A stretch of DNA of 64,000 nt from an uncultured Bacilli bacterium (GTDB lineage: Bacteria; Bacillota_I; Bacilli_A; RF39; UBA660): assembly GCA_944331715.1 (NCBI GenBank), contig CALVIP010000002.1:3268-67267 (forward strand), read 5' to 3'. The position numbers and the translations under genes are program-made. How positions within the stretch are numbered: the first letter of the stretch is position 1; each line of letters opens with the position of its first letter. Shown here piece after piece: positions 50,377-59,935 of the stretch. The notes under the pieces were generated by a model that had not been told where the DNA came from, did not search any database, and saw only the letters and a list, made by a program, of their open reading frames with translations.

Positions 50377-50919
50377 CTATTCCTCCGCTTGTACATTGAT
50401 ATCAAAATGATAATATTTATTTTGCCAATCAGTATCTTGAGATTCCTCAGACACATAAATTCTTAACTGATAATTATTAGTTTGAGAAGATGAAATAACT
50501 CTAGCATCTAAAACATTATTTTTAATATCATCTAAATCACCAGTTTTTATTTCTTTACCATTTAAAATTAATTGATATCGCAACTGACTTCTTGAAAGTA
50601 ATTCCTTACTTGAATATGTAATATCATCACTAATAATACTATCTTCTAACAAAACGTTATAAGCATAATTATTATCACCATTATTTTTAACGCTAAATTC
50701 ATAAGGGGTCAAAGTTCTAGCACTATCATCATCTAATGGTATCAAACCACTTTCATCTATAACATTATTTTGATCATCAAGCTGTATTGTAACCGAACTT
50801 ACATTATTTGTTCCAGATACATTATCATTATAAAAGAATCTATACCATAACATAGATGTAGCAAATATAAAAGCAAATAAAGCTACTCCCACTAAAACTA
50901 ACAAAATTACTCTTTTCAT
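50377..50919 (-). CDS. Divergent TasA-like paralogue with an uncleaved-type N-terminal anchor (180 aa)
   Basis: N-terminal TM helix. The C-terminal NYQLRIYVSEESQD mirrors the YRLRMWVADDY motif of the four upstream paralogues. It lacks their AAFTFS SipW-type cleavage motif. Confidence 0.5.
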   Translation of the reverse strand: MKRVILLVLVGVALFAFIFATSMLWYRFFYNDNVSGTNNVSSVTIQLDDQNNVIDESGLIPLDDDSARTLTPYEFSVKNNGDNNYAYNVLLEDSIISDDITYSSKELLSRSQLRYQLILNGKEIKTGDLDDIKNNVLDARVISSSQTNNYQLRIYVSEESQDTDWQNKYYHFDINVQAEE

Positions 50920-51605
50920 TTTTTAAACCTTCCTTCTCTTTTTATAAACTTAATCTTTTTATCTTTATTATCATTTTTATTATCATTTTCTTTTTTATCA
51001 GAAGATCTAATCGTCTTAACTAATTTATATATATCATAACCAATAATCATAACAGCAGGTGCAATAACGATTGCAACCCAACCTAAAATAGAACTAAGAT
51101 AATATTGAATATAACCTATTTTAGGAATTACAAACAATACTTTGCCGTATATAGCATTAAAATTAATTCTAGAAGAATCTTCTGTATTATTATTGTCTCC
51201 TTTAGTTGTAAATAAATATTCCCCACTCGTAGTTTTTTCTATATCCAAAATTCTATGTGTAACAGTAACCCCTGAATATCTATAGTCAGTAGAATCAAAT
51301 GTAATAATATCACCTTTTTTCAAATCTTCTGGACTATCAACTCTGACAGTAACTACTACATCTAAAACATTTATAGCAGGAACCATTGAAGGACTTACAA
51401 TTGTATATGCAGAAAAAAGATTCTTTTTATTTTGTCCAGATTTCAGATTATATTGTTTATCTATAAAATTAACTACAAAAGCTAAAAAAACAATAATCAT
51501 TATCAAACATATAGAATACATTAAAACAGTTGCTATAAAATGAAATATCTTTTTTGCCGTAGTCAACCATTCTCTATAATTATTTTTCATCAAGTTATCA
51601 CCCAC
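50916..51605 (-). CDS. sipW: Signal peptidase I, SipW type
   Basis: N-terminal TM. Catalytic Ser motif (YTIVSPSMVPAINVLDVVV). A conserved-His region. A C-terminal TM plus a K/D-rich tail, as in archaeal-type SipW. Confidence 0.8.
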   Translation of the reverse strand: MGDNLMKNNYREWLTTAKKIFHFIATVLMYSICLIMIIVFLAFVVNFIDKQYNLKSGQNKKNLFSAYTIVSPSMVPAINVLDVVVTVRVDSPEDLKKGDIITFDSTDYRYSGVTVTHRILDIEKTTSGEYLFTTKGDNNNTEDSSRINFNAIYGKVLFVIPKIGYIQYYLSSILGWVAIVIAPAVMIIGYDIYKLVKTIRSSDKKENDNKNDNKDKKIKFIKREGRFKK

Positions 51606-51647
51606 TTAATATTCCCAATAATACAAACAAAAAGATTAAGCCAAAAT

Positions 51648-52316
51648 TTATTTAGATAAATCAATTTTAGCTTTTACAGATACTCTAACTCCAAAATTCT
51701 TTTCTAATTCACCAACAATAGTATTAGCATCTACCCACATTCTCAAACGATAATTAATAGAACTAGTTTTATCAACAGAACCACTATCTAATAACATAGT
51801 CCCAGCCACAGTCCCTAAATCAGTACTTTCACTAAGAGGAGTAAAATGTTTAGGTGCCATAACCTCTTCATAAGAATTATTAACTTCTTTTTCTAAGTAT
51901 AATTTTACTTCATCATTACTAAGAGTAGAAGTCTCAAGTTTTTCTGCTGAAATCTCATAATCAGCAACTACATCGCCTTGAATAGAAGCATTAATAGAAA
52001 AATCAAAATATTGATTTTCTAAAGTTAAAGTTCTCCCAACATCATCAGAAATAGGATAAGCATTAGTAATATCAATACCATTAGTATTTTCAGTATAATT
52101 TAATGAAACATTACCTGTACTAATAGTATTAACACTATCTTTCTCTTTAGTATAAGTAAAAGTTGCCATAGAAACACCTATAACCATAAGAATAAATATT
52201 AAAAGGCAAATAATAATTACAAATATTTTATTATTAGACTCTTTTTTTATAACTTCATTATCATAAATTTGATTATTCATTATTTTACACCCTCTATCAT
52301 AAGATAATTGTAACAC
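51648..52316 (-). CDS. TasA/camelysin-like SipW-dependent secreted protein, paralogue 4
   Basis: Signal anchor followed by the VSMATFTYTKEKDSVNTISTGNVSLNY and YRLRMWVDAN motifs shared with the three upstream paralogues. Confidence 0.6.
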   Translation of the reverse strand: MLQLSYDRGCKIMNNQIYDNEVIKKESNNKIFVIIICLLIFILMVIGVSMATFTYTKEKDSVNTISTGNVSLNYTENTNGIDITNAYPISDDVGRTLTLENQYFDFSINASIQGDVVADYEISAEKLETSTLSNDEVKLYLEKEVNNSYEEVMAPKHFTPLSESTDLGTVAGTMLLDSGSVDKTSSINYRLRMWVDANTIVGELEKNFGVRVSVKAKIDLSK

Positions 52317-52357
52317 ACTAATTTTTTTTGGTAAAGAAAAAGTGTAGGTAACTACAC

Positions 52358-52963
52358 TTAAACTGACATATTAGCATAAACATTTATTCTAATCATGTAA
52401 GCTTGACTAATGTCAGGAAGAAAATAATCATCTGAAATCCACATTCTTAAACGATAATTAATACTTTCACTATTTCTAAAATTACTTTCTAAAATAACAT
52501 ATTGATTATTTGGTGCATAAGAAATACTATTAGTAGATTTTAAAGAGGAAACTTTAACAGGTGCAACAACTTGATTTTCTTTATTACCATCAAGACTAGT
52601 TAAATAAACTTTAATGGCACTATCTTCTAAAGTACTAGAACTATCCTTAGAAGCTGATATCACATAATCAACATTTGTACTACCACTCATAGTTGCACTA
52701 ATAGTAAAATCAAAATACTGGTTTTCATCTGTTAAAGATCTACCAACTTCATCAGACATAGGAGAAGCATTAGTTATATATATACCATTATTATTTTCAT
52801 TATAGCTCATTACTATAGTACCAGTTGATACATTATTAACCTCTTCTCCAACTTTAGAATAAAATATCGCTGCATAACTTACTCCAATCACTGCAATAAT
52901 TAAAAGTATAACAGCAATTATTATTAATAATTTTGATTTAGAATTATTTTTATCTTCACTCAT
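52358..52963 (-). CDS. TasA/camelysin-like SipW-dependent secreted protein, paralogue 3
   Basis: VSYAAIFYSKVGEEVNNVSTGTIVMSY N-terminus and the YRLRMWISDDY motif. Confidence 0.6.
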   Translation of the reverse strand: MSEDKNNSKSKLLIIIAVILLIIAVIGVSYAAIFYSKVGEEVNNVSTGTIVMSYNENNNGIYITNASPMSDEVGRSLTDENQYFDFTISATMSGSTNVDYVISASKDSSSTLEDSAIKVYLTSLDGNKENQVVAPVKVSSLKSTNSISYAPNNQYVILESNFRNSESINYRLRMWISDDYFLPDISQAYMIRINVYANMSV

Positions 52964-52996
52964 AATATCCCTCCTAATCCAATTAAAAAATATTTA

Positions 52997-53605
52997 CTAT
53001 AAAGCAGCAGCCGCTCCATATACATTCACTTTCAAAGTATAAGTACCACCAGAAGGCTCTGTATAATCATCTGCAACCCACATTCTTAGACGATATTTAT
53101 GAGAAGTTGAAGTATTCATAGTACCATTTAAAAGAATAAATTCACCACTTGGAGCATTATAAGCTTCACTACCAGTAGTTGTACTTAAATTAGATATTTT
53201 TGTAGGAGCAATAATTCCACTATCTGCATCATTGTCCATATTAGTTAAATAGATTTTTATTGCAGAATTATCAACAGTACTATTAGAAGAAACAGCAGTT
53301 ATTCCATAATTAATAGTAACATCACCACTACCATTAATAGTACTTTCAACTGTAAAATCAAAAACATTATTAGTACCAATTAACCCTTTTCCTTGTTCAT
53401 CAGATATAGGTAAAGCATTAACTAAATTAATACCATTTAAAGACTCACTATAAGACAAATTAATAGTACCAGTAGTAATAGTATTTATTTTCTCACCAGT
53501 TTGACTAAAAGTAAATGCTGCAAATGATACAGCAATAACTAAAACAACTAAAATAAATATCCCTAGTATAGAAAATATAATTTCCTTTGAAAAGTTTTTC
53601 TCCAT
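52997..53605 (-). CDS. TasA/camelysin-like SipW-dependent secreted protein, paralogue 2
   Basis: N-terminus VSFAAFTFSQTGEKINTITTGTINLSY (compare mature TasA AFNDIKSKDATFASGTLDLS). YRLRMWVADDY motif. Confidence 0.65.
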   Translation of the reverse strand: MEKNFSKEIIFSILGIFILVVLVIAVSFAAFTFSQTGEKINTITTGTINLSYSESLNGINLVNALPISDEQGKGLIGTNNVFDFTVESTINGSGDVTINYGITAVSSNSTVDNSAIKIYLTNMDNDADSGIIAPTKISNLSTTTGSEAYNAPSGEFILLNGTMNTSTSHKYRLRMWVADDYTEPSGGTYTLKVNVYGAAAAL

Positions 53606-53720
53606 ATTTAAGCCTCCATATTATATATAATATAACATATAAAAGAGGTTTCAGGCAAATAAAATTATACAAAAAGAAAAAGTGCCAGAGATTAGACACT
53701 TTTTTATAATACGTACTCAT

Positions 53721-54335
53721 CTATTGAGCATCTGCAGCACCATATACATTAACTCTTAATGTATAAGTCTCAGAAGAACCAGTTACTGCATAATTATCAG
53801 CAACCCACATTCTTAGACGATATTCATTTGTAGCATTAGTAGTAAATGTACCATCATCTAGTATAAATTGACCATCAGGAGCACCAGAAGCATCACTAGA
53901 AGTTTTAGGTAAAGAGCTAACAACAGTAGGTGCTAAAATCTGGCTATCAGTATCACCAGCCATGTTAGTTAAATATACTTTAACATAATCATCATTTAAA
54001 GTAGTACCTGGTTCAGTTACAGCAGTAATAGCATAATTAATAGTTGTAGTACCACTACCATTAATAGTAGCAGTAACAGTAAAATCAAAAGTCTCATTAG
54101 GACCACTTAAAGCCTTACCAGTATCATCACTCATAGGCATTGCATTAGTCAAAGTAATACCATTTTCTGGCTCACTATATGACATATTAATAGTACCAGT
54201 AGTAATAGTATTAGTTTTAACACCTGTCTGACTAAATGTGAATGCTGCAAACGAAACTCCTACAACTGCTACAACTAAAATTGCTACTCCTAATACTGAT
54301 AATAACACTTGTTTAGAATTATTATCCTCTTTCAT
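53721..54335 (-). CDS. TasA/camelysin-like SipW-dependent secreted protein, paralogue 1 (first in the operon)
   Basis: N-terminus VSFAAFTFSQTGVKTNTITTGTINMSY with the SipW-cognate A-A-F-T motif, and the YRLRMWVADNY motif. Confidence 0.65.
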   Translation of the reverse strand: MKEDNNSKQVLLSVLGVAILVVAVVGVSFAAFTFSQTGVKTNTITTGTINMSYSEPENGITLTNAMPMSDDTGKALSGPNETFDFTVTATINGSGTTTINYAITAVTEPGTTLNDDYVKVYLTNMAGDTDSQILAPTVVSSLPKTSSDASGAPDGQFILDDGTFTTNATNEYRLRMWVADNYAVTGSSETYTLRVNVYGAADAQ

Positions 54336-54418
54336 CTTGTATCTAACCTCCTTCTATAATAACTATAGCAAATTAAAATATTAAACGCAACTACTTTTTA
54401 AATGATTTTACATATAAT

Positions 54419-55006
54419 TTACCAACCATATCGTATAAGTTCAAATTTTATATTATGGCTAGTAGCAAAACCTTCCAAGTTAGATTGACTTGTAAATAAT
54501 AAATCCATGTGGTTACCTGTAACCGCTCCACCTCTATCCATAACAATAGCAAGAATAGGTTCACTATATATATTAATTCCACTTATCCTAACAATACTAC
54601 CACATGGAATAGATCTATCTGCAGCGACTACTCTAACTTTTCCGTATACTTGATCTTCAAAATAAATATTACCATTTTTAAAATTCTGACGAGGTGGACA
54701 AGCACTATTACCAGTACAACCAGGACAGTCAGGTCCATAAGCAGTAAGAGTTCCCATAAAAGCTACTGGACTACTACTAGCAACACTAATTGCATCATAA
54801 AAACTATCATATAAAGTAGGTTCTTTAGCTTTCTCCATCTCTTTAATAGAATTATACTTATTAACAATATGAACTGCTTGTAAACTCTTTACACTATTTA
54901 TATTAGAAGTCATTACTACAGTCTTATTATTACCAGATAATATAACAAAAGCTAGAGCAAAGACAATAATTACAAAACTAAAATATCTTAAAAATCTTTT
55001 ACCCAT
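54419..55006 (-). CDS. 3D-domain protein (YabE-like)
   Basis: N-terminal signal/TM. The C-terminal 3D domain has conserved Asp residues (LTAYGPDCPGCTG...AADRSIPCGSIVRI...MDRGGAVTGNHMDLLF). It is downstream of tatD as yabE is. Confidence 0.7.
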   Translation of the reverse strand: MGKRFLRYFSFVIIVFALAFVILSGNNKTVVMTSNINSVKSLQAVHIVNKYNSIKEMEKAKEPTLYDSFYDAISVASSSPVAFMGTLTAYGPDCPGCTGNSACPPRQNFKNGNIYFEDQVYGKVRVVAADRSIPCGSIVRISGINIYSEPILAIVMDRGGAVTGNHMDLLFTSQSNLEGFATSHNIKFELIRYGW

Positions 55007-55046
55007 CTTTTTACCTCATTTTCTACTTAAGATAATACTAGCATTA

Positions 55047-55811
55047 TTATCTATCAAAGTCAAATAAACTTGAAGCATTTCTACTGGTAATTTCTGCTAA
55101 TTCATCTACACTAATATTTTTTATATCAGCAATAAAGTTAGCAATAAACTCTAAATACTTAGAAGAATTAATTTTTCCTCTAAAGGGAACAGGAGTAAGA
55201 TAAGGACTATCAGTCTCAAGTACAATAGATTCTAATGGTACTTCTTTAACTACATCTTTTAATTTAGAGTTTTTAAAAGTAACAACTCCACCTATTCCTA
55301 ATAAGAATCCCATACTAATATAAATATTAGCAGTCTCTAAACTTCCACTAAAACAGTGTATTATTCCTTTTACTTTATATTTCTTTAAAGTATTAATAGT
55401 ATCCATAGTTGCATCTCTAGAATGTATTACAACAGGAAGATTAAACTCTTCAGCAATTTTTAATTGTTCTTCAAATAACCATATCTGTTTATCTTTATTA
55501 TCTTTAGTATAGTGATAATCAAGTCCTATCTCCCCAATACCAACAACTTTTTTCTCGCCTAATAAACTCTTTAAATAGTCTAAATCAGATTGACTAACAG
55601 TATCAGCATATTCTGGATGATATCCTATCGTAACATAAACCATATCATACCTATCTTTTAAATCCATTACTTCTTCTATACTTTCCCTACTACAACCTGA
55701 TACAACAATTTTTTCTACCAAAGCATTCTTATTCTCTTCTATAACTTTATCTATATCATCATAATCTTCCCTACTTAAATGACAATGTGTATCTATATAC
55801 ATAAAAATCAC
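55047..55811 (-). CDS. tatD: TatD-family metal-dependent hydrolase (YabD)
   Basis: IDTHCHL N-terminal motif and a TIM-barrel metal ligand pattern. It lies downstream of metG as in Bacillus. Confidence 0.88.
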   Translation of the reverse strand: MIFMYIDTHCHLSREDYDDIDKVIEENKNALVEKIVVSGCSRESIEEVMDLKDRYDMVYVTIGYHPEYADTVSQSDLDYLKSLLGEKKVVGIGEIGLDYHYTKDNKDKQIWLFEEQLKIAEEFNLPVVIHSRDATMDTINTLKKYKVKGIIHCFSGSLETANIYISMGFLLGIGGVVTFKNSKLKDVVKEVPLESIVLETDSPYLTPVPFRGKINSSKYLEFIANFIADIKNISVDELAEITSRNASSLFDFDR

Positions 55812-56167
55812 CGCTTCCTAAAAGCATTATATCAAAAAAAGAATCTTCTAAACAGTATTTTACTATTTACAAGACTTATTCTTTTTTCTTCGACATAAAA
55901 ACAATCTTATTAAATAAATTGTTAATACAATTAAATAACCGATATCTAATATATTATGCCCTATAATAACCATTACAACTAAAACTCCATAAAGTACTGC
56001 AACTGCCACTACCTCAATTTCTAACTTTCGTTTCTTAGTCATAACTCTATCCTTTCTTACGACTTCAAATACTACTTGTTACTACGGCCACTACCCTTAA
56101 ACTATAACATAAAAATTAGGATAATTTTAAAAATCACCCTAATTATTTTTTAGTTTACACCAAAATT

Positions 56168-57703
56168 TTACAAATCATGTTCTTTTAATAACTTATCTTT
56201 ATCTATTCTTTGAAATAATACACTAGGAGTTCCTACTTCATATTTATTATCTTTTAGATAACTATTTTCTTCTCTAGTATTATTAATCTGTCTTAAAATC
56301 TCTTTAGATGTAGAAGGTATTGCAAAAGATAAATTAATAGAACATACTCTAATAGACTCAAGTAAATTATATAAAACTGTCTCTAATCTATCTTTACTAG
56401 CATCATCTTTAGCAAGAATCCAAGGTGTAGTTTCATCAATATACTTATTACTAGCTCTTAATACTTCAAATATTTTATTTAAAGCATTAGATATCTCAAG
56501 ATTATCTATATCTTTACTAATCTCTTCATCTAAACTATTTATTTTATCTATAAGAGAAGTATCTAAATCTTCATAATATTCTTTATTAGTAACAACTCCA
56601 TCAAAATACTTATTAGCCATACTAATAGTACGTTGTACTAAATTACCTAAAGTATTTGCAAGGTCAGCATTAGTTCTCTCTATTAGAGCCTCAACTGAAA
56701 AGTTACCATCACTTCCAAAAGGAACTTCTCTTAAAACAAAATATCTAACTGCATCAACACCAAAGTATTTAATATATTCTCTAGGGTCTCTATAATTACC
56801 TAAAGATTTAGAAATCTTCGCTCCTTCTATAACAAGCCAACCATGTCCATAAACTTTCTTAGGAAGTGGTAAATCTAAAGCCATTAAGATAATAGGCCAC
56901 ACTATAGTATGAAATCTAATTATTTCTTTACCAACTAAATGTAAATCAGCAGGCCAATATTTTTTTAACTTACTATCATCATCACTTAAATATCCAAGCG
57001 ATGTAATATAGTTAGTCAAAGCATCTAGCCACACATAAACAACATGTTTCTCATCAAAAGGAACAGGAATCCCCCATTTAAAACTAGTACGAGAAACACA
57101 TAAATCTTCAAGACCTGGTTTAATAAAGTTATTAATCATCTCATTCTTACGAGACTCTGGTTCTATAAAATCAGGATGTTCCTCCAAAAATTTGACTAAC
57201 CTATCTTGATATTTAGAAAGTTTTAAAAAGTAAGCTTCTTCTTCTACTTCTTTAACCTCTCTACCACAGTCAGGACATTTTCCATCTACAAGCTGTGTCT
57301 TAGTCCAAAAAGATTCACAAGGAATACAATAAAGTCCCTTATAACTTCCTTTATAAATATCTCCCTGTTCATAAAGTTTAGTAAATATTTTTTGAACAGT
57401 TTTAACATGATTTTCATCAGTAGTTCTAATAAAATAGTCATAAGAAATATCCAATGCCTTCCATAAGTCCTTACCATTTTCTACTACTTCATCAACATAT
57501 TCTTTAGGACTGACACCAGCATCATGAGCTTTTGTTTCTATTTTTAAACCATGTTCATCAGTACCAGTTTGAAAATAAACATCATAACCTTTATTTCTTT
57601 TATACCTTGCAATAGCATCAGCTACTATTGTTGTATAACAGTGCCCAATATGAAAATTAGCACTAGGGTAATAAATTGGTGTTGTAATATAATATTTCTC
57701 CAT
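56168..57703 (-). CDS. metG: Methionine--tRNA ligase (short form without C-terminal tRNA-binding domain)
   Basis: HIGH-type motif (PIYYPSANFHIGHCYTT). Zinc knuckle cysteines (CIPCESF, CPDCG). KISKS motif. 511 aa. Confidence 0.93.
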   Translation of the reverse strand: MEKYYITTPIYYPSANFHIGHCYTTIVADAIARYKRNKGYDVYFQTGTDEHGLKIETKAHDAGVSPKEYVDEVVENGKDLWKALDISYDYFIRTTDENHVKTVQKIFTKLYEQGDIYKGSYKGLYCIPCESFWTKTQLVDGKCPDCGREVKEVEEEAYFLKLSKYQDRLVKFLEEHPDFIEPESRKNEMINNFIKPGLEDLCVSRTSFKWGIPVPFDEKHVVYVWLDALTNYITSLGYLSDDDSKLKKYWPADLHLVGKEIIRFHTIVWPIILMALDLPLPKKVYGHGWLVIEGAKISKSLGNYRDPREYIKYFGVDAVRYFVLREVPFGSDGNFSVEALIERTNADLANTLGNLVQRTISMANKYFDGVVTNKEYYEDLDTSLIDKINSLDEEISKDIDNLEISNALNKIFEVLRASNKYIDETTPWILAKDDASKDRLETVLYNLLESIRVCSINLSFAIPSTSKEILRQINNTREENSYLKDNKYEVGTPSVLFQRIDKDKLLKEHDL

Positions 57704-57960
57704 AAATATCTCCTCCTCAAATTAAAAAGATTTATTATAACGAAAGGACGAGCTAACCCGTGGTACCACCTTTCTTTACAATAAATCTTGTACACTTATT
57801 CTAATTAACGCTTAGCACGTTCATACTTACATATCAATATGAAAGTTCAGAAGCCATATCTTATAAAATCATTCGTTTCTTTTCCACCAACCAAGAACTC
57901 TCTATAACTAGAATTTATAAGACTCTCCATCACAACTTTTAATAACGATATTCTAACACA
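57704..57960 (-). promoter_or_regulatory. T-box riboswitch leader of metG
   Basis: Minus strand contains AAAGGUGGUACCACGGGUUAGCUCGUCCUUUCG, which is the T-box antiterminator consensus AGGGUGGUACCGCGG, overlapping a GAAAGG/CCUUUC terminator stem. AGAGA and AUG-containing specifier-region elements lie upstream. Confidence 0.65.
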
Positions 57961-57967
57961 AGAAAAA

Positions 57968-58507
57968 TTAATCTTCAAGATATTTTGATAGAAAATTAGC
58001 AATTATCTGGATTATATGTTCATCTTCTTCAGTAAAACTCTTACTATCTTCAATAACCATAAAAACTAAACCAATAGTCTCACTATCAGAAAGTATTGGA
58101 CTAAGAATATATTTGTACTCCACCCCTTTATTTTTACTATCTACAATCTCTTCTACTAAACTAGTACCTTTTACTAAACTCTCTGTTTGAAATAAATATT
58201 CTTCTAATCTTGAAGAAATATTAAATCCATAAAACTCTTTTTTTAACTTACCAGTACCTGCTACTACTTTATCTCTATCAGTAACAAAAATACTTTTACT
58301 TATAGTCATATGAATAGTATCAAGTAAAGCCTGTGCCATTTCACTCAAATCTTCACTAGTAGAAAATTTCTTTAAACTAATAGTCTCTTTATCTACAAAA
58401 AACTCTAAAGTCTCACCGTCTCTAATCCTAAGAGACTTTCTAATATCTTTAGGAATAACTATTCTTCCCAAATCATCAACTCTTCTTACTACACCTGTTG
58501 TTTTCAT
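57968..58507 (-). CDS. spoVT: Stage V sporulation protein T (AbrB-type N-domain + GAF)
   Basis: The N-terminus MKTTGVVRRVDDLGRIVIPKDIRKSLRIRDGETLEFFVD is the AbrB/SpoVT swapped-hairpin domain. The 179 aa length matches SpoVT. Located near mfd as in Bacillus. Confidence 0.85.
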   Translation of the reverse strand: MKTTGVVRRVDDLGRIVIPKDIRKSLRIRDGETLEFFVDKETISLKKFSTSEDLSEMAQALLDTIHMTISKSIFVTDRDKVVAGTGKLKKEFYGFNISSRLEEYLFQTESLVKGTSLVEEIVDSKNKGVEYKYILSPILSDSETIGLVFMVIEDSKSFTEEDEHIIQIIANFLSKYLED

Positions 58508-58659
58508 ATATGCTCCTTCCTTTACAGTAGTATTATTCCATTATCTGCCCAATTTTATACTATAAAAAAATAATGTATCTAATAATATTATATACGTAAG
58601 AAGTAGTTTTTTCCTTGGTAATTATTTCCAGTTAACTAAAGACACAAAAAAATTCTCAC

Positions 58660-59307
58660 TTAATCAAATAAATGAGAATTTTCCATCGTAAAAACAAATC
58701 TTTCTATCTGTTCTTTCAAGCTATTAAGAAGTATCGTATCTTTAACTAATATTTTCATATCAACAGTCTCTAATATTTGTTTAACATAAGTAGTTTGTAA
58801 AAACTTAGTAGCATCTTTCTTAAAAGTAGTATTATCATCTTTAACTATTAAATCTAAATTACTTACAAGTTTCTCTTTAACAAGACTAGTAAGAACTTGT
58901 TTCTCTTCTTTTTTCGCTTCTTTATTAAACTTAACTAAATCTTTCTTTAAATTTTTAACTAAGTCCATTGGTTTATCATCATCAAACTTAGAATAATTAT
59001 CTTCTATTAATTTTATTCTTTTCTTAAAAATATTTCTAAATTCTTTTTTTAAGTCATCTTTATAACTAATTAAGACTTCATTAAATTTATCACTATTTAA
59101 AATTAAATTATTATGTTTAGCAATATTAAGAACTCTTTGTTTAACTGTATCCATCGCTTCAAGTGGTACTTCTATAACTCCATTAATAATATCATCTTCT
59201 ATTAAAGAATTAGTATTATTAGTAGCAAGTTCTAATCCTGCTGTCATTAATATTTGTTTATGCTGTTTTAAAATATCCTCTTTAACCACTACCATCATAG
59301 CCTCCAA
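58660..59307 (-). CDS. Hypothetical protein (215 aa)
   Basis: Lysine-rich and predicted alpha-helical. I recognise no family. Inserted between mfd and spoVT. Confidence 0.5.
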   Translation of the reverse strand: MEAMMVVVKEDILKQHKQILMTAGLELATNNTNSLIEDDIINGVIEVPLEAMDTVKQRVLNIAKHNNLILNSDKFNEVLISYKDDLKKEFRNIFKKRIKLIEDNYSKFDDDKPMDLVKNLKKDLVKFNKEAKKEEKQVLTSLVKEKLVSNLDLIVKDDNTTFKKDATKFLQTTYVKQILETVDMKILVKDTILLNSLKEQIERFVFTMENSHLFD

Positions 59308-59391
59308 TTCTACTAATAAGTATAAGAAGATAAAAGGTTTTAGTCAAGAGGACAAAAGAAAAAGAGCATAAGCCCCACTATTAGAATATTG

Positions 59392-59871
59392 TTATCTATT
59401 ATTACTTTGCATTTCTAATCTCTTAACTCTTTCTTTAGTTTTCTCATAACTACCATCTTGATATCTTTCAAAAAAACATCTATACATTCTTTTAGTGTAT
59501 TCATCTTTTGACATATAATCTCTTTCCATTAATTCTTCTAATAATTTATCAATAGTTTCTTCTCTATGCTCATTAAGATAATTAGGACCAAAATAAAACC
59601 AATTTACATTGTCAAGATGATTAGAAACACTGCCGTTACCATAGTTAAAACTATAATATGAACTCCCACTAATAACTATATCAGATGTAGATAATAAAGT
59701 CTGAACCTCTTCAACCTTTAATCCATCTATATTTTCAAAAGGAATAGCTATAATACTTTTGTTATTAGAAATTAATAACTCATACTCATCATATGTATGA
59801 GATTTTCTCCCATCATTTATCTTCCAAGCAAAAAACTTATAAGCCGGAACATCAAAAGTATTTTCTCTCAC
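59392..59871 (-). CDS. Hypothetical protein (159 aa)
   Basis: I recognise no family. Inserted between mfd and spoVT. Confidence 0.5.
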   Translation of the reverse strand: MRENTFDVPAYKFFAWKINDGRKSHTYDEYELLISNNKSIIAIPFENIDGLKVEEVQTLLSTSDIVISGSSYYSFNYGNGSVSNHLDNVNWFYFGPNYLNEHREETIDKLLEELMERDYMSKDEYTKRMYRCFFERYQDGSYEKTKERVKRLEMQSNNR

Positions 59872-59935
59872 AAAACCTCTCTCCTTTCATTTACCACATA
59901 TAATACACTATTTTATTCAATTTGAAAAAAACAAC

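Noticed and set aside
11160-57784. Other short overlapping ORFs (11160..11345, 15739..15978, 32680..32946, 40799..41065, 42233..42532, 46911..47132, 47410..47595, 50102..50296, 53505..53720, 54509..54814, 57286..57477, 57551..57784)
   Set aside because: Each one overlaps a better-supported gene, or the T-box leader or repeat array, in another frame, and shows no RBS or family signal.
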